Origin: an uncultured Desulfobacteraceae bacterium
GTDB taxonomy: Bacteria > Desulfobacterota > Desulfobacteria > Desulfobacterales > Desulfatirhabdiaceae
Direction of reading: 5' to 3'
DNA length: 64,000 bases
NCBI GenBank assembly: GCA_903839535.1
Contig: CAIMCT010000101.1
Span: 69-64,068 of the forward strand
The position numbers were made by a program, and so were the translations under genes. The notes under the pieces are model-generated. The model searched no databases and had not been told where the DNA came from. It saw nothing but the letters and a program-made list of their open reading frames with translations. How positions within the stretch are numbered: the first letter of the stretch is position 1; the number at the start of each line of letters is the position of its first letter. Shown here in pieces: positions 1 to 7,122 of the stretch.

Positions 1-17
1 TTATTGGAAATCACATT

Positions 18-62
18 AACGACAACCTAACGACAACCGAAACGACAACCGAAACGACAACC
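18..62. repeat. Short tandem repeat (ACGACAACC x4, 11-12 bp period) at the window edge
   Basis: Read directly: ACGACAACC at 19-27, 30-38, 42-50 and 54-62, immediately 3' of the Fic stop codon (68-70, minus strand). Confidence 0.8.
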
Positions 63-67
63 ACGGG

Positions 68-1099
68 TCATTTTCTGATATAGTGCGCGCCCCGGCCTTT
101 CCCAACGGGGGTAAGTACGTTGATTTCCAAAAGTTTACCGGCTTCCTTGAGCGCTGACTGACGGGAAATGCCGAACATCGCCGCAATGTCTCCAGCGGTG
201 ATTTTTTGACTTTTATTGACAGCTTCCACGATTTTCATCTGTCTTTCCGTCAGCGCCACCTGCCCGAAGTCTTTCATCTTTTGCACATCAAGACTTAATC
301 CGATAATTCTCTGACGCACCTGCTCAATCTGCACCATGACACCACGGGTAAAATATTCCAGCCATTGTGTGATATCCAGCGTATCAGGACTGACCGACTG
401 CAAAGCCCGGTAATATCCAGGTCTGTCGCTGTCGTAATAGTCATCAAGGGCAAAAAATCGCTTGGTATCGAATCCCCTCCTGAAAAGCACCAGGCTTGCA
501 AGGGTTCTTGCTGTTCTGCCGTTGCCGTCAACAAAAGGATGTATCCTGACAAACTCATAATGGCATATCCCCGCTTCAAGCACGGAGTTGCGGTCGGCGG
601 CAGGCGCATTGTGCCAGGCGGCAAACTCTTCCATAAGTTTTGGGATTTCCCGCGGAGAAGGCGGGCGGAAAGAAACCACGCCGGTAAGCCGGTTGCCCAC
701 GACAACCTGGACAGACCGATACACCCCACATTCAGCAGAATTGTCAAGGACATCATGCATCAGCTCCCGGTGAATCATGCAAATAGTTCGTTCGGATATG
801 GAATCGCGCGCCATGCGGGGAATATCCTGGAGTACTTTGAGATAGTTCAGCACCTCGGCCTTGGCCTTTCTTTGAACCATTATGTTTCTGCCGGCGGCAA
901 GCTGGCTAACCTGATCCAGTGTCAACGGGTTGCCCTCGATTGCCGTGGATGCGTGTGCATTGCGAAGCAGCGCTTCCTGCCGGATGGATACTTCCCACTT
1001 GGGAATAAGAGGCGCATTTTCCACAGTAACCACGGATGAAGCAATGGTGGTAAGATTTTTCAGTATTGCTTCGGTTATAGTGAATACAGGCTTGAACAT
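68..1099 (-). CDS. Fic-family protein (class II, auto-inhibited AMPylase type) with HTH-like C-terminal tail
   Basis: ORF 68..1201 trimmed to the ATG at 1097-1099 (MFKPVFTI...). Canonical Fic motif HPFVDGNGRTAR. N-terminal inhibitory-helix motif STAIEG ([S/T]xxxE[G/N]). C-terminal segment ITAGDIAAMFGISRQSALKEAGKL resembles a winged helix. Confidence 0.85.
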   Translation of the reverse strand: MFKPVFTITEAILKNLTTIASSVVTVENAPLIPKWEVSIRQEALLRNAHASTAIEGNPLTLDQVSQLAAGRNIMVQRKAKAEVLNYLKVLQDIPRMARDSISERTICMIHRELMHDVLDNSAECGVYRSVQVVVGNRLTGVVSFRPPSPREIPKLMEEFAAWHNAPAADRNSVLEAGICHYEFVRIHPFVDGNGRTARTLASLVLFRRGFDTKRFFALDDYYDSDRPGYYRALQSVSPDTLDITQWLEYFTRGVMVQIEQVRQRIIGLSLDVQKMKDFGQVALTERQMKIVEAVNKSQKITAGDIAAMFGISRQSALKEAGKLLEINVLTPVGKGRGAHYIRK

Positions 1100-1109
1100 T
1101 ACATAACCT

Positions 1110-1736
1110 CTACAGGGGCAACGATAGTTGGGAATGACTAAGCAATTCGCGCCGCGCCTTGGGCGACAACCCCTCGCCTTTGACGAATGGATTGTCGGCA
1201 ATGGCGGCCCGGAGTGCTTTACGCCAGCCGAGACCTTTTTGCATGGCCTGACCGGTGGTGGCCACCGTCATGGTGTAGAGCCACCATCGCTCTTCGGGAG
1301 CCAGCGACTCCCAGTTGCGCAGGGCATTTGGGATGTCGTCGGGCGAAGCCTCCTCGACGGCCCAGCAAAGAATGCAGAGTTCCTTGCCGAGCGAAGGATG
1401 TACCGGCACCGGCTTTCCGGGATTCTTCTGAAACTTGGCGGCGGGAAGACCGTTAGCGCAAAGACGGCGATTGGCCTCTTCCCAGAACGCCGGTGCGAGT
1501 GCGAGCCAGCGGGTGCGATTGATTATTACACGCAGCGATGGGTCATCGGACGACGGAGTATCCACAGAGCGAACCCCCAGGCTGTCAAGATCATTTCCCC
1601 GATACTCGGTGATCGTGATGATGTCATTGCCCCCGCTGCCCTTGGGAATATCGATAAGAAAGCCGTGGCGGGCTTCCTCCGGCAGAAAGCCAAGACCAAC
1701 GACTTTACGGGTTAAAGATGAAGTGGCGCGACGCAT
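1110..1736 (-). CDS. Hypothetical protein, probable DUF3780-type partner of the upstream ATPase
   Basis: 208-aa ORF starting 3 nt after the ATPase stop and ending 10 nt before the Fic start, so it is operonic. The family call rests on position next to a DUF499-like gene and my memory of that gene pair, not on a motif. Confidence 0.55.
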   Translation of the reverse strand: MRRATSSLTRKVVGLGFLPEEARHGFLIDIPKGSGGNDIITITEYRGNDLDSLGVRSVDTPSSDDPSLRVIINRTRWLALAPAFWEEANRRLCANGLPAAKFQKNPGKPVPVHPSLGKELCILCWAVEEASPDDIPNALRNWESLAPEERWWLYTMTVATTGQAMQKGLGWRKALRAAIADNPFVKGEGLSPKARRELLSHSQLSLPL

Positions 1737-1739
1737 GGC

Positions 1740-4700
1740 TTATTGGGTCACTTTTGCGATGTCGAATGGCTGACTGGTGGCCCTGAGCCAATCAAGAAGC
1801 GCCTGCCCGGTGGGAAACAAAAGGGAGCCAATGGTCATCCGCAAGCTTACGCCGCTGACGATTTCCTGAAGTTTCACCGCTACGGATTTCAGGGCGGCGC
1901 CATCGTAGCCGCCTTCCCGTGCGCCGGAGTATTCAACGTTCTGCCGCCCATCGCTGCTCTCGGCTGTGAGGCTGATGTCATAAACAGCAACACCAGCGGC
2001 ATTTTCCAATCGCTGAATGAAATCCCAGGCGGCCCCGGAGTCATCTAACTTCGTCTGTTGATTCCAACTGGCGGGAATCTCCGGATCCAGTGTGTGCTCT
2101 TCTTGTCCCTTCTGCGGAATCGGGACGCGAACAATCTCGGAATTAAGCCCGTAAGCGGAAGCAACTGCCTTGGCGCATACAACGCGACAATTATCTGAAA
2201 CACGAAATGGCCCGTTGTATGTGGCAAAACCGGAGCTGGCAGGCGAGGAGCCGTCCGTGGTATAGTGAATGGTGATCCCATTGGCCTTTGGCAGTGCGAG
2301 CAACTCTACCTCGTAATGGTCACCCCGGTGGTGCAACTGGTATTTAAGCCTGATCTTCGCAGTCCATTCCTTCACCGCACTGACACGGCCAGGATCGGCA
2401 GGATCGATGGCGAGAAAACTGTATCGCAAGCCGGTAGCTTCAAAGCGGGCCGGTGTAGGCACGGGACTGGAAGCGTTAGTCGGATCGGCATCTCCCGTTT
2501 CATAAACAATGGAAGGTGCATGAAGAGGCTCGACTTTCAGGAAAGTGTGTCCATCACCATCTTCAGATAGTTCGCGGATGGAAACATCGGGAACGGGCGG
2601 AGGAAACGGGCCACGCCGGATGTGATTTCCTTCTTCACGCCAAATTCCGCGTCGCAGGCACTCAACCTTGAGATCATCGAGGGCGGAAATCTTGTGGAGC
2701 GGCCAGTTGGTGTTGACCGCAGCGGCCCGCTTGAAGTCGGACCACAGGACGACTTTGGTCTTCGGCGAACCGAAAAGGCGCGCCTCCGCACGGTTGCGGA
2801 AACTGTCGTCGTCGATTCGGATTGTGAATTTCTGCGCTCCTTCAAGGGTCTTGCGAATGGTTGCTTCGCCACTCTGATTGCCTGCGAAAGCAAGATCGGT
2901 GCCGGTCGCCCGCAAAGCGGAGTTGATGGAAGGATAGACAATCTGGTCGAAAGCTTCCTTCAGCACCGAGGTGAATTGCAGGCCCACTCGGTCGTGCAGA
3001 GCGTCGAGCGCGCGCCATTGGGGATCATCGGACGGCGTATCCTCCGCCTTTAATTCTTCTTCGATGCTTTGCAGGGCGCAAGTCTGTCTGGCCGAATCAA
3101 GTACTTTCTGAAAGGTATCCCGCGAGCCAGTGAGGAAGAGGCTGCGGTTCTTGTATTGCTGCTGGCTCCACCACGCCTGCCAGTCAGCGGAAATTGGCAA
3201 CTGATTTGCTTGTCCTCCCGGTCGAACGATCACCAGCGTGGTCTTTTCCTGCTCGACATGAACTTCATCAGGCGGAGGCAGGACTTTTACAACCTGGTAG
3301 CAATCTCGAAGCGACGCGGAAAAATATTCTTCAAGATGCTCCCGGAGCATGCGATCCACTGTTTCTGTGTGAAGCGCCAGAGCAGTTGAACGCAGCTTTG
3401 CAGCGATATTTTGCTGGTTTTTGAAAAAAAGGCGTCCATCAGCAGAATTGTGGAGATACCAGGCTCGGGTCGCCAGTTTGTCTATGACGTTGGCCTTGAA
3501 AGTGGAGAGATCGCGGCCGGGGCGTTGGAGGCAATCAACAAGTTGATATTCCCGAAGTCCGTGAATGGCGCCGGGTGTCGTTGAAAGCGAGGCGACAAGG
3601 ATTAGTCTTGCGGCATCTGAGGCATCAGAGTTTCCGTTGGCTATGTCAATTTGCTCAACCTCCGCATCGCCGCCGTGGGCAATATCGTGGGCGATAGCTT
3701 CACTGAGCGACGGATTGATTGTGCGGACCTCGGAAGCGATTTCATCCAGATTCAGATCAATATCGTAAGGGTGAATCAAGTCGATATCCGCCGCTTTCTC
3801 CGACTTCCAAAGGCTGGATACCACCATTTGCATGAGACGGATGACGCCACGGGTTTGCTGGAATCCTTCGTTTTCCTTGAACTTGCCCACAAGTTCCCTA
3901 AGGTCCGGATGGAACGGATAGGCATCAATGACGCGGGTATAAAGCGCTTCCGGCAGGGTGGTGGTCAGGTTCATCCTGTTTGCCTCACGAAGCGCATCGC
4001 GGTAAGCCGCAGCCACTTTTATGATCTCCACATCTGGCGCGACATGCTCGAAAAGGCGCTTGCGCAGTATGTGGTAAAGCTCATCACCGTTCGGATTGAC
4101 CGGAGTGATCGGGACAGCGATTCGCCTGGATTCCGACGTGATTCCTTGTATCGCCCGGTTGAATGCAGCTTCAAGGTTGGCTTGGCCGATGCTGAAATTC
4201 GTTCCTGCCAGATCGGACAGAACAAGGCACACCTTGTCCATCTCGGCAACCGCAATAAAGAGGTTTGCCAGAGCTGTGGTCGTCACGACACCCAGATCGG
4301 CATTCCCAACCGGAACAGCGACAGCGTATTCCAGATAGGTTGGGAGTTCATCGAGGAAAAGAACAAGCGGCTTACCGCCAAGCAACTGCTTCCAGGCTTC
4401 TGGTCCAGGTGCATTGAGGAGCGGTGAAACATAGCGGGCAAATTGCTCCGCTTTACCAAGTTGCTCTGCAATCGATCCCCAGATTCCGCCTGCTGCATCA
4501 GTGTTTCTTCCATTGAAGCCGACAACACGGCAGCGGCCGAGTCTCGGAGTTTGGTCTTTCTCTCCGAGAATTTTTCTTCGCAATTCCGGATCACGCGCCA
4601 ACAATCCCAGCGCAATCATGCTGTGAGTCTTACCACCTCCCATTGCCTGTGAAAGCTGGAAGACCGACGAACCTACACTTGAGCCACACAAATGGCGGAA

Positions 4701-4865
4701 CGCACGATCCATCAACGTGAGCATACCGTTGGTGAAGAAGTTCTCCTCGAAAAACTCAGGACCGTTGACCTGCCCTTTAAGAAAAGTATCAAGGCTTAAA
4801 ACGGTGGCTCTTCTATCAGCAGCAAAAACAGACTGGCGTGGTTTGCAGAGGGAGTGGGTACTCAT
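1740..4865 (-). CDS. Large P-loop ATPase, DUF499-like (defence-island associated)
   Basis: 1041-aa ORF. Walker A GGGKTHS about 75 aa from the N-terminus, preceded by FFEENFFTNGMLTLMDRAF. Size and N-terminal pattern match what I recall of DUF499/COG1483 proteins. Confidence 0.65.
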   Translation of the reverse strand: MSTHSLCKPRQSVFAADRRATVLSLDTFLKGQVNGPEFFEENFFTNGMLTLMDRAFRHLCGSSVGSSVFQLSQAMGGGKTHSMIALGLLARDPELRRKILGEKDQTPRLGRCRVVGFNGRNTDAAGGIWGSIAEQLGKAEQFARYVSPLLNAPGPEAWKQLLGGKPLVLFLDELPTYLEYAVAVPVGNADLGVVTTTALANLFIAVAEMDKVCLVLSDLAGTNFSIGQANLEAAFNRAIQGITSESRRIAVPITPVNPNGDELYHILRKRLFEHVAPDVEIIKVAAAYRDALREANRMNLTTTLPEALYTRVIDAYPFHPDLRELVGKFKENEGFQQTRGVIRLMQMVVSSLWKSEKAADIDLIHPYDIDLNLDEIASEVRTINPSLSEAIAHDIAHGGDAEVEQIDIANGNSDASDAARLILVASLSTTPGAIHGLREYQLVDCLQRPGRDLSTFKANVIDKLATRAWYLHNSADGRLFFKNQQNIAAKLRSTALALHTETVDRMLREHLEEYFSASLRDCYQVVKVLPPPDEVHVEQEKTTLVIVRPGGQANQLPISADWQAWWSQQQYKNRSLFLTGSRDTFQKVLDSARQTCALQSIEEELKAEDTPSDDPQWRALDALHDRVGLQFTSVLKEAFDQIVYPSINSALRATGTDLAFAGNQSGEATIRKTLEGAQKFTIRIDDDSFRNRAEARLFGSPKTKVVLWSDFKRAAAVNTNWPLHKISALDDLKVECLRRGIWREEGNHIRRGPFPPPVPDVSIRELSEDGDGHTFLKVEPLHAPSIVYETGDADPTNASSPVPTPARFEATGLRYSFLAIDPADPGRVSAVKEWTAKIRLKYQLHHRGDHYEVELLALPKANGITIHYTTDGSSPASSGFATYNGPFRVSDNCRVVCAKAVASAYGLNSEIVRVPIPQKGQEEHTLDPEIPASWNQQTKLDDSGAAWDFIQRLENAAGVAVYDISLTAESSDGRQNVEYSGAREGGYDGAALKSVAVKLQEIVSGVSLRMTIGSLLFPTGQALLDWLRATSQPFDIAKVTQ

Positions 4866-4915
4866 GATTGTCTTATCCTATCCTTAGTAAGCTGATTTCC
4901 AATAAAGAATATACG

Positions 4916-5065
4916 GCCTTGATCATCGTTTCGGCCCGTTGGGTTTATTTCGTAGGGGCGAATCTTGTATTCGCCCTTTCGATAGGGCGAATACAAGATT
5001 CGCCCCTACGATTGCCTGATGGCGGCGATATACGGATAAATGTCTGCCGAAACGATGATCAAGGC
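4916..5065. repeat. 150-bp nested palindromic element
   Basis: Outer 20-bp perfect inverted repeat GCCTTGATCATCGTTTCGGC (4916-4935) / GCCGAAACGATGATCAAGGC (5046-5065). Inner 27-bp perfect inverted repeat CGTAGGGGCGAATCTTGTATTCGCCCT (4951-4977) / its reverse complement (4984-5010). Each inner arm is itself a hairpin (GGGCGAAT..ATTCGCCC). Confidence 0.9.
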
Positions 5066-5215
5066 ATAGAAAAAATTTGAATCAAACAATGGGGTATTCT
5101 TTGTTGGTAATCGCCTAAGTGGGCGTACTCTTTCAAGGTTTATCTCTTATGCCAAGAGGCCGATCCTGCCGACCAGAGCTGCTGCAGCCGGCAGGATGCC
5201 GGCTCTACGGTGAAA

Positions 5216-5238
5216 GATTATGCCTGTTCGCAGTGTTA
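5216..5238 (+). repeat. Solo arm of repeat family B (GATTATGCCTGTTCGCAGTGTTA)
   Basis: Matches the right arms at 18408-18428 and 20952-20972. It is preceded by an unrelated 9-bp-stem hairpin, ATCCTGCCG..CGGCAGGAT (5163-5197). Confidence 0.5.
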
Positions 5239-5275
5239 CCTCTGATAAAACCCTTAATTCGGAAACTTAAAAACC

Positions 5276-6124
5276 TTACTGCGTCCCATTACCTGGCACG
5301 GCTTTCATATCCAGATGAAGTGTTGCAATCGCTTCCACGACCGGCACAATCGTCCTGCTGGTTTTGCGAAGATCAATGGTCTTGATGTAGCGGCTGCAAC
5401 GGTCACAGCCATCCACCCGGTATTCAGGTTCTTCATCGCTGAAAAAATAATGCAACTGGCTGCTGTCCGTGTTGTCGCAGAACGGACAATAAATCCGGGG
5501 AGTCAGCCATTCGTGCCAGCAGAAACTGCATAAGTATGAGCGCTCTCCTTCCCCTTTCAACATGGAAAGGCCCGGACTGCTGCCGCAAATCGGGCAATAA
5601 CCGGTTCTCCATGGCTCCTCTGCATTCAGTGAAGCCGAAAGATGCTCTGAACACAACCGCAGGGAAGGCCTAATACTGTTGTAGCCAAAAAGCATGGCCA
5701 TGTCCACGGACACCCCTGATGGGATTTTATCGGAAGTGTCCTTACCCAATGCCAGGTCGAAGATATCCTTAGGGTTCATAGACCCGGACCCAAGGGATTC
5801 GGAAATCAGCCGTGCGGCCTCCTGCAAATCGGCGGATGCTGATGCACCGGCAATTTCAAAGAGTTCTTCCAGAAGATGGGTTGAGGCGGCAATATCAATT
5901 TCAAAATCCGCCGCAGCCACCAGCGGGAATTTCTCCGCGAGTTTCATCGCCAGAATGTCTTCGGGAATATCAATCCGCGTAATATTGGTATGGTTCTTGG
6001 ACTCTTCCTGGGCCAGAAACACGGCTTCGTAGAATTTCAGGATTTCCGTATAGACCGGACGTGCAGTCGTTACTTCCCGGCATGCCTTTCTAATCCGCTC
6101 TTTGGCTGCATCAGCATCGGACAT
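5276..6124 (-). CDS. fdhE: Formate dehydrogenase accessory protein FdhE
   Basis: 282 aa with four CxxC pairs (CPICGS, CSFCWHEW, CPFCDN, CDRCSRY), typical of FdhE, downstream of fdhAB. Confidence 0.85.
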   Translation of the reverse strand: MSDADAAKERIRKACREVTTARPVYTEILKFYEAVFLAQEESKNHTNITRIDIPEDILAMKLAEKFPLVAAADFEIDIAASTHLLEELFEIAGASASADLQEAARLISESLGSGSMNPKDIFDLALGKDTSDKIPSGVSVDMAMLFGYNSIRPSLRLCSEHLSASLNAEEPWRTGYCPICGSSPGLSMLKGEGERSYLCSFCWHEWLTPRIYCPFCDNTDSSQLHYFFSDEEPEYRVDGCDRCSRYIKTIDLRKTSRTIVPVVEAIATLHLDMKAVPGNGTQ

Positions 6125-6172
6125 AATCAGTAATTTCCTTCATATAACCCGCCATAATTCAACAGGTCGTTT

Positions 6173-6252
6173 TTTACCGTGAAAATACTTTTAAACCACG
6201 AAATACACGAAATACACGAAAAAAATGTTCTTTGCGCCTTTGCGTGAGAAAC
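6173..6252 (+). repeat. Repeat family A, copy A1 (TTTACCGTG..TTTAAACCACGAAATACACG..AAAAATGTTCTTTGCGCCTTTGCGTGAGAAAC)
   Basis: Near-identical blocks at 62354-62471, 23392-23465 and, inverted, 13654-13726. Partial copies at 18459-18495 and 56273-56336. Lies 49 nt 5' of the fdhE start. Confidence 0.9.
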
Positions 6253-6314
6253 AATTTTCATTCATGGGGGCGGCATAGATCATGCCGTGAGCGTTTCTAC
6301 CTGACACAACATTA

Positions 6315-6353
6315 ACGGGGTGATTCCAATCGAAAAGATTTGAATCACCCCGT
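6315..6353 (-). terminator. Perfect 12-bp stem hairpin between fdhB and fdhE (possible attenuator or terminator)
   Basis: ACGGGGTGATTC (6315-6326) pairs with GAATCACCCCGT (6342-6353), with a 15-nt loop. No clear U-tract, so the function is uncertain. Confidence 0.35.
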
Positions 6354-6381
6354 CTTATCTCCATCTATGAATTGACAATCG

Positions 6382-7107
6382 CTATGCCTGAAGCACCCGT
6401 GAGGCAATGTCCGTTAGTGGCCTGAACATCTTCTTCAAGGCCAGGTGTCTCGTCAGATTTACTTCCGAAGATGACGCCACGGCATATTTAAAGTACAGCT
6501 TGGGATCATATAAAGTCAGATAAATGACCCGGACATCTTCCGCATCCAGAAGCTTTGCCTCCGGATACTTAGCCTTTACCTCGGCCAGTCGCTTTGCCGC
6601 AAGAACCTTCATCTCTTTTTCATCCCCAAAATTCATGGCGCCGGTCGGACATGTCTGCACGCAGGAGGGAATCAGCCCGTTGTGAACCCGGTCATTACAC
6701 ATATCGCATTTGGCCAGGGTTCCATCTGCGGATTTTCGGGGAATATTGTACGGACAAGACGAGATAATATCATCAGCATTCAGAAACCGGGTTTCTGCTG
6801 TATAAATGACCGCCCCGGTAACATCATCCTTGTACACGGCTCTGGTATCGCCGGCAGTATCCAGACATGGCGGCGAAATACAGTGCCGACACTGTTCCGG
6901 GAAAAACAGCCAATTGAGCTTTTTATTGATGACTTCTTCCCGCATACGGACGACCTTGTAGGTGTCAAAAGACAGATCCGGAGGATTTTCATTCGTCCCC
7001 CGGTTGGTGGTCATTTCCGCAGGAAGGTTATGCCACTGCTTGCAGGCCACCTGACAACCCCGGCAGGCGGTACAACTTGTCGTATCTACAAAAAATACCT
7101 TACTCAT
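6382..7107 (-). CDS. fdhB: Formate dehydrogenase iron-sulfur (beta) subunit
   Basis: Multiple 4Fe-4S cysteine clusters (CTACRGCQVACKQWH, CRHCISPPC, CDMCNDR, CVQTCPTGA). ATG at 7105-7107 is preceded by GGAGGTGG; the track's longer start at 7116 is GTG. Confidence 0.85.
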   Translation of the reverse strand: MSKVFFVDTTSCTACRGCQVACKQWHNLPAEMTTNRGTNENPPDLSFDTYKVVRMREEVINKKLNWLFFPEQCRHCISPPCLDTAGDTRAVYKDDVTGAVIYTAETRFLNADDIISSCPYNIPRKSADGTLAKCDMCNDRVHNGLIPSCVQTCPTGAMNFGDEKEMKVLAAKRLAEVKAKYPEAKLLDAEDVRVIYLTLYDPKLYFKYAVASSSEVNLTRHLALKKMFRPLTDIASRVLQA

Positions 7108-7122
7108 GGGCTCCACCTCCGG

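Noticed and set aside
365-1039. Long plus-strand ORFs (365..1039, 1128..1715, 3651..4427 and similar) overlapping the Fic, DUF3780-like and DUF499-like genes
   Set aside because: They are antisense shadows of minus-strand genes that carry clear motifs (Fic motif, Walker A). Their translations are low-complexity and Arg/Gly/Ser-rich with no recognisable features.
4868-5385. ORFs 4868..5080 (+) and 5119..5385 (+)
   Set aside because: They are translations of the nested palindrome and of a hairpin plus a family B arm. The second also overlaps the fdhE 3' end.
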